Assembly (NCBI GenBank): GCA_030390025.1
Contig: JASTWF010000088.1
Coordinates: forward strand, 868,001 to 932,000
Reading direction: 5' to 3'
Length of the DNA: 64,000 nucleotides
Origin: Squalus acanthias
Taxonomy: Eukaryota
Shown here: piece by piece, positions 1-10,669 of the stretch
How the letters are laid out: each line of letters begins with the position of its first letter
Numbering within the stretch: position 1 is the first letter of the stretch
Made by a program: the position numbers and the translations under genes
Notes under the pieces: generated by a model
The model's input: the letters and a program-made list of their open reading frames with translations, nothing else
What the model was told of the DNA's origin: nothing
Databases searched by the model: none

Positions 1-19
1 CACCGGCATCTCCGCATCA

Positions 20-500
20 GTTATACCGAGACTTGGTCAGACCCCATCTGGAGCACTGTGTTCAGTTCTGGGCACCACACCTCAGGAAGGATAGACTGGC
101 CTTGGAGGGGCTGCAGAGCAGATTGACCAGAATGGTACCGGGGCTTTAAAGGCAGGTTGCTTAAACTTGGCTTGTATTCCCTGGAGTATAGAAAGTTGAG
201 GGGTGATCTAATCGAGATGTTTATAACGTTAACAGGTTTCGATAGGGTAGAAACAGAGAAACTATTTCCCCTGGTTGGGGAAATAAAGAACGAGGGAGAC
301 CTAATCCAAGGCCATTTAGGAGGGAACTCAAGAAGCACATTTTCACTCAAAGGGTAGTAGAAATTTGGAACTATGTCCCCCAAAATACTGTGGCTGTTGG
401 AGCTTTTAAGACTGGGATCGATGATTTTTGTTGGATAACTGTATCGAGGGATATGGAGCAAAGGCGGGCTGAAAGGCCTCCTCCTGTTCCTAATGATCTT
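20..500 (+). mobile_element. CR1 LINE 3' fragment (ORF2 C-terminus and 3' tail)
   Basis: ORF 157-357 LGLYSLEYRKLRGDLIE is the CR1 ORF2 C-terminal motif; boundaries approximate. Confidence 0.85.
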
Positions 501-551
501 CCCTCTGTCATGTTCTGTATCAAACTACTTTCCGTGTCTGGTCTAATTATC

Positions 552-753
552 AAACCTTGTTCAGTTCATCCACCCTGGCAACTGATGTAGCTCACAGTAT
601 TCCTCTGATTGGATAGCTCAATATTTGAAAAGTTTATTTCGACACCGACACAAACTCTCCGGAGACTGATGACTCACAGCCTGTTTTTATTCTGATTGGG
701 CACAAATATACCCATCGTACCAATCAGGCTAAGGTGTCTGAGTAACCAGCAAC
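552..753 (+). promoter_or_regulatory. MHC class I proximal promoter with two X/X2-Y (SXY-like) modules
   Basis: S-like AAACCTT ~552; X-like CCTGGCAACTGATG 574-587 with Y box CTGATTGG 605-612; X/X2-like CCGGAGACTGATGACTCA 659-676 with Y box CTGATTGG 692-699; CCAATCAG ~720; RFX-like GTAACCAGCAAC 742-753; all within ~320 bp of the ATG. Confidence 0.65.
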
Positions 754-868
754 ATCTGCTGGTTTACTACTATCAGTACAGGGCACAGCTCACAGACTAA
801 GACAAGACGGTCCCTTGGAAAAGGATTGCCCACAAACTGCTCATCACAGCCTATCGAGGGAAACAACA

Positions 869-917
869 ATGATTGGACTGATAGTGCTGGCCGTTCTGTG
901 TGGCAGGGTCTCTGCAG
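869..917 (+). CDS. MHC class I heavy chain exon 1 (signal peptide MIGLIVLAVLCGRVSA)
   Basis: ATG at 869, hydrophobic 16-aa leader ending V-S-A, phase-1 donor G|GTGAGT at 917/918; splices in frame to GSHSLRYF. Confidence 0.88.
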
Positions 918-1262
918 GTGAGTAATGGGGTGTGAGAGGGGTCAGTGCCAGGCTGGGTACTGGGCATTAACCCTCGGTCAGTGAGTAATGGGGTGTGAGT
1001 GGGTCAGTGCCAGGCTGGGTACTGGGCATTAACCCTCGGTCAGTGAGTAATGGGGTGTGAGAGGGTCTCCGTGCCAGGCTGTGTACTGGGCATTAACCCT
1101 CGGTCAGTGAGTAATGGGGTCTGAGAGGGTCTCAGTGCCAGGCTGGGTACTGGGCATTAACCCTCGGTCAGTGAGTAATCGGTTGTGAGAGGGGCAGTGC
1201 CAGGCTGGGTACTGGACATTAATCCTCAGTCAGTGAGTAATGGGGTCTGAGAGCCAGACTGT
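918..1262 (+). repeat. 62-64 bp tandem repeat (~5.5 copies) starting at the exon 1 donor
   Basis: GTGAGTAAT recurs at 918, 981, 1043, 1107, 1171 and 1233. Confidence 0.95.
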
Positions 1263-1567
1263 GTACTGGTCCTGGAGAGGGAGAGAGAGAGACCATTGGG
1301 GGCAGTGGGGGGATGGTGGGACTGAAGGACAGCGACACAGGGCTGGAAAGTGAAGAGAAAGAGGAGACCTTGGGTGGGGTGGAGGGGTGGCTGGTCTGAG
1401 GGACATAGGGGTGGAGAGAGAAAGAGAAAGAGAGAGAGAGCATGGGGGGAGGGGGAACTAATGGACAGGGACACATGAGGCTGGAGTGTGGAGAGAGAGA
1501 AAGAGAGTGACCGACCATGGAAGACTGAGCTTTAGGGTCATGAGTCTGGAGAGTAGAGAGGGAGAGA

Positions 1568-4005
1568 GGAACATAGCAGCAGGAGGAAGCTATTCAGCCC
1601 CTCGAGCCTGTTCCGTGAACCAGTTAGATCATGGCTGATCTGCGCCTCAACTCCATTTACCCGCCTTGGCTTGATATTTCCTTCATACCCTTGCCTAACA
1701 AAACACTATCCACAGCCTTTTGGGGAGAGCGTTCCAGATTTCTACTACCCTTCGTGTGAAGAAGTGCTTCCTGATTTCCCTCCTAAATGGTCTCGCTCTA
1801 ATTTGAAGATGATGTCCCCTTGTTCTTGATTGCCCCCCCAGAGGGAGTAGTTTCCCTGTATCTACTCTATCAAACCCTTTTAACATTTTAAACACCTCGA
1901 TCAGGTCACCCTTCAATCTTTGAAACTCGAGAGAATACAAACCAAGTTTATACAACCTGTCCTCATAATTGAACTCTCTAAGCCCCAGAATCATCCTGGT
2001 GAATCTGCCCTGCACCCTCTCTGTGCCCTGAACTGAACACAGTGCTCCAGATGGGGTCTAACCAGAGCTTTGTAGAACTGTAACAGAACTTCACCCCTTT
2101 GTATCCCAGTCCTCGAGACAGGCCAACATTCCATGAGCCTTTTAAATTATTTTTTATCCTTGTCCACTAGCTTTTAGTGATTTCTGTACTTGGAGCCCTA
2201 AATCTCTCTGCTCGTCCACAGTTCCCAGCCTCTCGCCATTTAGAAAATACTCTGATCGATCTTTCTTAGGTCCAAAGTGGATGACCTCACACTTTCTCAC
2301 GTTGAACTCCATCTGCCACAGTTTTACCCACACTTAATCTAACGATGTCAACTTCCTGCTCACATCTACACAACTTACTGTCCCCATAACTTAGTCTCAT
2401 CTGCAAACTTAGATAGACAACTCTCCATTCCTTCATCCAAGTCCTTTATAAATGTGGTGCAAAGTTGAGGCCCCAGAACAGATCCCTGGGGACACCACTA
2501 GTCACATCCCACCAATCAGAATACCTACCCTTTATCCCCACTCTCTGTCTCCTACCTCCCAACCAATTTCCAACACAAGTCTAAAGACCACCTCCAATTC
2601 CATGCACTCTCATTTTTGCTAAGTCTCTTGTGTGGAACCTTATCGAATGCCTTCTGGAAGTTCATATAAATAACATCTATAGACACTCCCCTATCTCTTC
2701 TTCTCTCTTCTCTTAGGCAGTCCCTCGGAACCGAGGATGACTTGCTTCCACATTAAAAATGAGTTTGCAGGTGACTGATGAGTCCAATGCGGGACCTACA
2801 GTCTCTGTCACAGGTGGGGCAGACGGTGGTTGAAGGGGCGGGTGGGTGGGGTGCTTGGGTTGACGTGCGCTCCTTGCGTTGCCTGCGCTTGGCTTCTGCT
2901 TACTCCCGGCGAAGAGACTCGAGGTGTTCGGCGCCTTCCCGGATGCTTCTCCTCCACTTTGTGCGGTCTTGGGCCAGGGATTCCCAGGAGTCGGTGGGGA
3001 TGTTACACTTTTTCAAGGAGGCTTTGAGGGTGTCCTTGAAGCGTTTCCTCTGCCCACCTGGGGATCTCTTGCCATGCCGGAGCTCCGAGTAGAGCACTTG
3101 TTTTGGGAGTCTCGTATCGGGCATGCGGACAATGTGACCCGTCCATCGGAGCTGATCGAGCGTGGTCAAAGCTTCGATGCTGGGGATGTTGGCCTGAGCA
3201 AGAACACTGACGTTGGTGCGCCTATCCTGCCAATGGATTTGCAGGATCTTGTGGAGGCAGCGTTGGTGGTACCTCTCCAGTGCTTTGAGGTGCCTGCTGT
3301 ACATGGTCCATGTCTCTGAGGCATACAGCAGGGCGGGTATCACTGCTGCTCTGTAGACCATGAGCTTAGTGCCGGGTTTGAGGTCCTGGTCTTCAAACAC
3401 TCTCTTCCTCAGGTGACCGAAGGCTGCACTCGCACACTGAAGGCACACTCACCCTCAGTAAGCTCCCCGCTGGAGTGGAGCTAATTTACAGAACAAACGG
3501 GAAACTGTTCAACCTCCAGTCGCCTCCAGTCCAGATCCAAGGTCGTCCCATCCTCTGTTGTCGAATTACAGTATGCAGACGACGCTTGCGTCTGCGCTCA
3601 CTCGGAGGTCGAACTCCAAACCATCATCAACACCTTCACCGAAGCGTACGAGAGCATGGGCCTTACACTAAACATCTGTAAGACAAAGGTCCTCTACCAA
3701 CCTGCCCCCGCCACACAGTACTGCCCCCCGATTATCAAAATCCACGACAAGGCCTTGGACATTGTGGACCACTTTCCATACCTCGGGAGCCTACTGTCAA
3801 CAAGGGCAGACGTCGACGACGAAGTCCCCTATCTACCTTGTTAGTGACCTCCTCAACATAATCAACTAGATGAGTCAGACCTGACTTACCTTTTAACAAA
3901 GCCACTCCTCTCTCTGATCAGCTCGTATTTGTTCAAGTGCTCAGTCACTCTGTCCCTCATGACAGATTCTAGTAGCTTCTCAAACCCAACATTAAACTGA
4001 CTGTC
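1568..4005 (-). mobile_element. CR1 LINE 3' part, interrupted by an RTE insertion
   Basis: ORF 1695-2015 with CR1 C-terminal motifs; the uninterrupted paralogous copy is at ~61841-63090. Confidence 0.85.
2697..3824 (-). mobile_element. RTE-clade LINE, 5'-truncated with 5' inversion
   Basis: Minus ORF 2900-3448 (LLYASETW, LRWTGHIVRM, GGQRKRFKD) and plus-strand RT segment 3450-3824; 10-bp TSD TCCCCTATCT at 2687-2696 and 3825-3834. Confidence 0.9.
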
Positions 4006-4277
4006 TATAACTCCAACCTTTCTGTCCTGCACCTCCCGCCTTGGACTGCCTCCTGCTCCATGGTGCCTTGGTCAACATTATGGCCATCCTTCCCAAAGCC
4101 TTGCTCCTTCTCCCCACAGGCAGCAAGCACATCGTAACTGTTGGACAGGACCAGACTCCGCAGGTCCCTCCTTCCCTGCCTCCACTAGATTCCCCAACCC
4201 TGCTGACGGTCAGTCACACTCCTCCTCCTGAACCTGTACCTCTCTACTTGGTGTGACTAGGTTCTGCAGTAAACTAG

Positions 4278-4485
4278 GTCCTTCTCCCTCAGTCTGTCAG
4301 TGGGTGGGTTATTTCAGGTCCCTCTCCCTCAGTCTGTCAGTGGGCGTGGGGTGGGTTAGCCCAGGCCCCTCTCCCTCAGTCTGTCAGTGAGTGGGTGGGT
4401 TACCCCAGGCCCCCCTCCCTCCGTCTGTCAGTGGGTGGGTTACCCCGGGCCCCTCTCCCTCAGTCCGTCAGTGAGTGGATGGGTT
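4278..4485 (+). repeat. ~40-bp tandem repeat (CCCCTCTCCCTCAGTCTGTCAGTGGGTGGGTTACCC), ~5 copies
   Basis: Direct inspection; homologous array at 63328-63673. Confidence 0.9.
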
Positions 4486-7400
4486 GGCCTGATGTCTGTG
4501 TGTGTAGGGTTGGTGTTTTGGGGTTCATACCCTGATGGCTGTGTGTGTAGGGGGGGTTGGTGTTTTGAGGTTTGTGCCCTGATGTGTGTGTGTGTGTGTG
4601 GGGTTGGTGTTTTGGGGTTCATGCCCTGATGTCTGTGTGTGTGGGGGGGGGGGGGGGTTGGTGTTTTGGGGTTCATGCCCTGATGTCTGTGTGTGTGGGG
4701 GGGGGGGGGGGGTTGGTGTTTTGGGGTTCATGCCCTGATGTCTGTGTGTGTGGGGTTGGGGGTTGGTGTTTTGGGGTTCATGCCCTGATGTCTGTGTGTG
4801 TGTGTGGGGGGTTGATGTTTTGGGGTTCATGCCCTGATGTCTGTGTGTGTGGGGGGGGGGTTGGTGTTTTGGGGTTCATGCCCTGATGTCTGTGTGTGGG
4901 GGGTTGGTGTTTTGGGGTTCATGCCCTGATGTCTGTGTGTGTGTGTGTGTGGTTGGTGTTTTGGGGTTCATGCCCTGATGTCTGTGTGTGTGGGGTTGGT
5001 GTTTTGGGCTTCATGCCCTGATGTCTGTGTGTGTGTGGGGGGTTGGTGTTTTGGGGTTCATGCCCTGATGTCTGTGTGTGTGGGGGGTTGGTGTTTTGGG
5101 GTTCATGTCCTGATGTCTGTGTGTGTGTGGGGGGTTGGTGTTTTGGGGTTCATGCCCTGATGTCTGTGTGTGTGTGGGGGGTTGGTGTTTTGGGGTTCAT
5201 GCCCTGATGTCTGTGTGTGTGGGGGGTTGGTGTTTTGGGGTTCATGTCCTGATGTCTGTGTGTGTGTGGGGGGTTGGTGTTTTGGGGTTCATGCCCTGAT
5301 GTCTGTGTGTGTGTGTGGGGGTTGGTGTTTTGGGGTTCATGCCCTGATGTCTGTGTGTGTGTGTGGGGTTGGTGTTTTGGGGTTCATGCCCTGATGTCTG
5401 TGTGTGTGTGTGGGGTTGGTGTTTTGGGGTTCATGCCCTGATGTCTCTGTGTGTGTGGTTGGTGTTTTGGGGTTCATGCCCTGATGTCTGTGTGTGTGTG
5501 TGTGGTTGATGTTTTGGGGTTCATGCCCTGATGCCTGTGTGTGTGTGTGTGGTTGATGTTTTGGGGTTCATGCCCTGATGTCTGTGTGTGTGTGTGTGGT
5601 TGATGTTTTGGGGTTCATGCCCTGATGTCTGTGTGTGTGTGGGGGGTTGGTGTTTTGGGGTTCATGCCCTGATGTCTGTGTGTGTGTGTGTGTGTGGGGT
5701 TGGTGTTTTGGGGTTCATGTCCTGATGTCTGTGTGTGTGTGTGTGTGGGGGGTTGGTGTTTTGGGGTTCATGCCCTGATGTCTGTGTGTGTGTGTGTGTG
5801 GGGGGTTGGTGTTTTGGGGTTCATGCCCTGATGTCTGTGTGTGTGTGTGTGTGTGTGGGGTTGGTGTTTTGGGGTTCATGCCCTGATGTCTGTGTGTGTG
5901 TGTGTGGGGGGGGTTGGTGTTTTGGGGTTCATGCCCTGATGTCTGTGTGTGTGTGTGTGTGTGGGGTTGGTGTTTTGGGGTTCATGCCCTGATGTCTGTG
6001 TGTGTGTGGGGGGTTGGTGTTTTGGGGTTCATGCCCTGATGTCTCTGTGTGTGGGGGGTTGATGTTTTGGGGTTCATGTCCTGATGTCTGTGTGTGTGTG
6101 TGTGGGGGTTGATGTTTTGGGGTTCATGCCCTGATGTCTGTGTGTGTGTGTGGGGGTTTGGTGTTTTGGGGTTCATGCCCTGATGTCTGTGTGTGTGTGT
6201 GTGGTTGATGTTTTGGGGTTCATGCCCTGATGCCTGTCTGTGTGTGTGGGGGGTTGGTGTTTTGGGGTTCATGTCCTGATGTCTGTGTGTGTGTGTGTGG
6301 GGTTGGTGTTTTGGGGTTCATGCCCTGATGTCTGTGTGTGTGTGTGGGGTTGATGTTTTGGGGTTCATGTCCTGATGTCTGTGTGTGTGTGGGGGGTTGA
6401 TGTTTTGGGGTTCATGCCCTGATGCCTGTCTGTGTGTGTGGGGGGTTGGTGTTTTGGGGTTCATGCCCTGATGTCTGTGTGTGTGTGTGTGGTTGATGTT
6501 TTGGGGTTCATGCCCTGATGTCTGTGTGTGTGGGGGGGTTGGTGTTTTGGGGTTCATGCCCTGATGTCTGTGTGTGTGGGGTTGATGTTTTGGGGTTCAT
6601 GCCCTGATGTGTCTGTGTGTGTGTGTGGGGTTGATGTTTTGGGGTTCATGCCCTGATGTCTGTGTGTGTGTGTGTGGTTGATGTTTTGGGGTTCATGCCC
6701 TGATGTCTGTGTGTGTGTGTGTGTGTGTGTGTGGTGTTGATGTTTTGGGGTTCATGCCCTGATGTCTGTGTGTGTGTGGGGTTGATGTTTTGGGGTTCAT
6801 GCCCTGATGTCTGTGTGTGTGTGTGGTTGATGTTTTGGGGTTCATGCCCTGATGTGTGTGTGTGTGTGGTGTTGATGTTTTGGGGTTCATGCCCTGATGT
6901 TGTAAGCCGTTTTACGCCTCAAATTTAATGATTCGGATGTGACTCCATTTTGGCAACGTTAGAGTTAGATGTTTTATGGTAAACAGTGGAAATCAGTACA
7001 GCCGGCAAAGACTAATATTAACTGACAGTAATTTACAGTTCCGAAGGATATTACCAAATTGGGTCAGTGGACAGTGTAGGGTTCGATGTCTCCGTTGTTG
7101 TCTTACTAGCAAAGAAGAGTGTTAGGCTTTCGCCAGCATGGTTCCACTCCTCAATTCCAGCATACCAGAGAGACATTAAGCGCATTTGGCCAGCGTAAAT
7201 CCGTCTCTACAGATACCGTCGTCCTCCTCTCTACATCTGTACATCTCCGGTCAAACAGTCTCTTTTTATCCCTCTTTGTTGAGGTCAGTTGACTCCTCTT
7301 ATCCAATCACTTGTGGCTGATGCAAGACTTCTCGAAGTTTCCCCATTCTCTTGTCATGGGGACAGTTCCATATCTGGTTAATCCAAAAGAGGTTTCTCTT

Positions 7401-10380
7401 ATGCTGTCTTTGCAGGTTCAATTATTTAACCATTACCTCATCTTCACCTGTGACATTACTTTTACAATAACAGGAAGCAATCATAAGCCTAGCTTCTGCA
7501 AAAGCTCACCGAATCTCATTGTCACTTCTGCAAAAAAGCGTCGTTGCGACTTTCACGGTTTGACCACTTCTGTAAAAACGTGTCTGGACCTTGCACAGTT
7601 GATAACCACCAATAGTAATAGATCATCAGCAGTAAGGGCGATTTTATAAAAAAAAGGATTACTCATAAAGCATGATACATTTTATAATCATGAAGCTTAA
7701 ATCATTTCATAATCTCACAAAAGCAAGGTTCTCAAATCTTAATACATTTCATAATCTCACAATGTCTGTGTGTGTGTGGGGGTTGGTGTTTTGTGGTTCA
7801 TGCCCTGATGTCTGTGTGTGTGTGTGGGGTTGGTGTTTTGGGGTTCATGCCCTGATGTCTGTGTGTGGGGGGGTTGGTGTTTTGGGGTTCATGCCCTGAT
7901 GTCTGTGTGTGTGTGGGGGTTGGTGTTTTGGGGTTCATGTCCTGATGTCTGTGTGTGTGTGGGGTTTGGTGTTTTGGGGTTCATGCCCTGATGTGTGTGT
8001 GTGTGTGTGGTTGGTGTTTTGGGGTTCATGTCCTGATGTCTGTGTGTGTGGGGTTGTTGTTTTGGGGTTCATGCCCTGATGTCTGTGTGTGTGTGTGTGT
8101 GTGGTTGTTGTTTTGGGGTTCATGCTCTGATGTCTGTGTGTGTGTGTGTGGGTTTGGTGTTTTGGGGTTCATGCCCTGATGTCAGTGTGTGTGGGGGGTT
8201 GGTGTTTTGGGGTTCATGTCCTGATGTCTGTGTGTGTGTGTGGTTGTTGTTTTGGGGTTCATGCCCTGATGTCTGTGTGTGTGGTGGGTTGTTGTTTTGG
8301 GGTTCATGCCCTGATGTCTGTGTGTGTGTGGGGGTTTGGTGTTTTGGGGTTCATGCCCTGATGTCTGTGTGTGGGGGTTGTTGTTTTGGGGTTCATGCCC
8401 TGATGTCTGTGTGTGTGTGTGTGTGTGTGGTTGTTGTTTTGGGGTTCATGCTCTGATGTCTGTGTGTGTGTGTGTGGGGTTGGTGTTTTGGGGTTCATGC
8501 CTGATGTCAGTGTGTGTGGTGGGGGGTTGGTGTTTTGGGGTTCATGCCCTGATGTCTGTGTGTGTGTGTGTGGTTGGTGTTTTGGGGTTCATGTCCTGAT
8601 GTCTGTGTGTGTGTGGGGGGGTTGGTGTTTTGGGGTTCATGTCCTGATGTCTGTGTGTGTGGGGGGGTTGGTGTTTTGGGGTTCATGCCCTGATGTCTGT
8701 GTGTGTGTGGGGGGTTGGTGTTTTGGGGTTCATGCCCTGATGTCTGTGTGTGTGTGTGTGTGTGTGGTTGTTGTTTTGGGGTTCATGCCCTGATGTCTGT
8801 GTGTGTGGGGGGGTTGGTGTTTTGGGGTTCATGCCCTGATGTCTGTGTGTGTGTGGGGGTTGGTGTTTTGGGGTTCATGCCCTGATGTCTGTGTGTGTGT
8901 GTGTGTGTGGTTGTTGTTTGGGGTTCATGCTCTGATGTCTGTGTGTGTGTGTGTGTGGTTGTTGTTTTGGGGTTCATGCTCTGATGTCTGTGTGTGTGTG
9001 TGTGGGGTTGGTGTTTTGGGGTTCATGCCCTGATGTCAGTGTGTGTGGTGGGTTGGTGTTTTGGGGTTCATGCCCTGATGTCTGTGTGTGTGTGTGGGGG
9101 GTTGGTGTTTTGGGGTTCATGTCCTGATGTCTGTGTGTGTGTGTGGGGGTTTGGTGTTTTGGGGTTCATGCCCTGATGTCTGTGTGTGTGTGTGGGGTTT
9201 GGTGTTTTGGGGTTCATGCCCTGATGTCTGTGTGTGTGTGTGGGGTTTGGTGTTTTGGGGTTCATGCCCTGATGTCTGTGTGGGGGGTTGGTGTTTTGGG
9301 GTTCATGTCCTGATGTTGTGTGTGGGGGGTTGGTGTTTTGGGGTTCATGTCCTGATGTCTGTGTGTGTGTGTGGGGTTGGTGTTTTGGGGTTCATGCCCT
9401 GATGTCTGTGTGTGTCTGTGTGGTTGTTGTTTTGGGGTTCATGCCCTGATGTCTCTGTGTGTGTGTGGGGTTGGTGTTTTGGGGTTCATGTCCTGATGTC
9501 TGTGTGTGTGTGGGGGGTTGGTGTTTTGGGGTTCATGCCCTGATGTCTGTGTGTGTGGGGGGGGGTTGGTGTTTTGGGGTTCATGTCCTGATGTCTGTGT
9601 GTGTGTGTGGGGGTTGGTGTTTTGGGGTTCATGTCCTGATGTCTGTGTGTGTGGGGGGGTTGATGTTTTGGGGTTCATGTCCTGATGTCTGTGTGTGTGT
9701 GTGGGGGGGTTGGTGTTTTGGGGTTCATGCCCTGATGTCTGTGTGTCTGTGTGGTTGTTGTTTTGGGGTTCATGTCCTGATGTCTGTGTGGGGGGTTGGT
9801 GTTTTGGGGTTCATGTCCTGATGTGTGTGTGTGTGGGGGGGTTGGTGTTTTGGGGTTCATGCCCTGATGTCTGTGTGTGTGTGGGGGTTTGGTGTTTTGG
9901 GGTTCATGCCCTGATGTCTGTGTGTGTGTGTGGGGTTGGTGTTTTGGGGTTCATGCCCTGATGTCTCTGTCTGTGTGGGGGGTTGGTGTTTTGGGGTTCA
10001 TGCCCTGATGTCTGTGTGTGTGGGGGGTTGATGTTTTCGGGTTCATGTCCTGATGTCTGTGTGTGTGTGGGGGGTTGGTGTTTTGGGGTTCATGTCCTGA
10101 TGTGTGTGTGTGTGGGGGGGTTGATGTTTTGGGGTTCATGCCCTGATGTCTGTGTGTGTGTGGGGGGTTGGTGTTTTGGGGTTCATGCCCTGATGTCTGT
10201 GTGTGTGTGGTTGGTGTTTTGGGTTCATGTCCTGATGTGACTCTCTCTCTTTGGGTTTGGTGTTTTGAGGTTCATGTCCTGATGTGACTCTCTCTCTTTG
10301 GGTTTGGTGTTTTGGGGTTCATGCCCTGATGTGACTCTCTCTTTGGGTTTGATGGTTTGGGGTCCATGCCCTGATGTGTC
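4486..10380 (+). repeat. Intron 1 minisatellite GGTTGGTGTTTTGGGGTTCATGCCCTGATGTCT(GT)n(G)n, ~36-50 bp units, roughly 120 copies
   Basis: Direct inspection; interrupted by a solo LTR at 6901-7761; runs up to the exon 2 acceptor. Confidence 0.97.
6901..7761. mobile_element. Solo LTR (861 bp) inserted in the minisatellite
   Basis: TGTAAG...CTCACA termini, 4-bp TSD ATGT (6897-6900 and 7762-7765), no coding capacity. Confidence 0.8.
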
Positions 10381-10392
10381 TTTGTGTTTCAG

Positions 10393-10653
10393 GCTCTCAC
10401 TCTCTCCGATATTTCTACACCTCGATGACCCCGATATCCGGTCTGCCGGAGTTTGTGGCAGTCGGTTATGTGGACGATGCGCAGTTTGTTCAGTATGACA
10501 GCGATCGGAAGCACATGATCCCGCGGCAGCAGTGGATGGCAGAGAGCATGGGCCCCGAGTACTGGGAGCGGGAGACACAGATCGTGCAGGGCTGGGAGCA
10601 GAATGGGAAGTGGAATATTCAAACCATCATGACACGGACCAACCAGACTGGGG
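10393..10653 (+). CDS. MHC class I exon 2 (alpha1 domain), shark UAA-like
   Basis: TTTCAG acceptor; GSHSLRYFYTSMTPISGLPEFVAVGYVDD...EYWERETQ...TRTNQTG; Y7, Y59, R84, N86 glycan site; 261 nt, phase 1/1, GTGAGT donor. Confidence 0.97.
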
Positions 10654-10669
10654 GTGAGTCCACCCCCGC

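Noticed and set aside
4387-10240. Dozens of Cys/Val/Gly-rich or His/Thr-rich short ORFs
   Set aside because: All are frames of the intron 1 satellite
4486-10380. Constant repeat with variable spacer resembling a CRISPR array
   Set aside because: Spacers are only (GT)n(G)n length variants; vertebrate context; no cas genes
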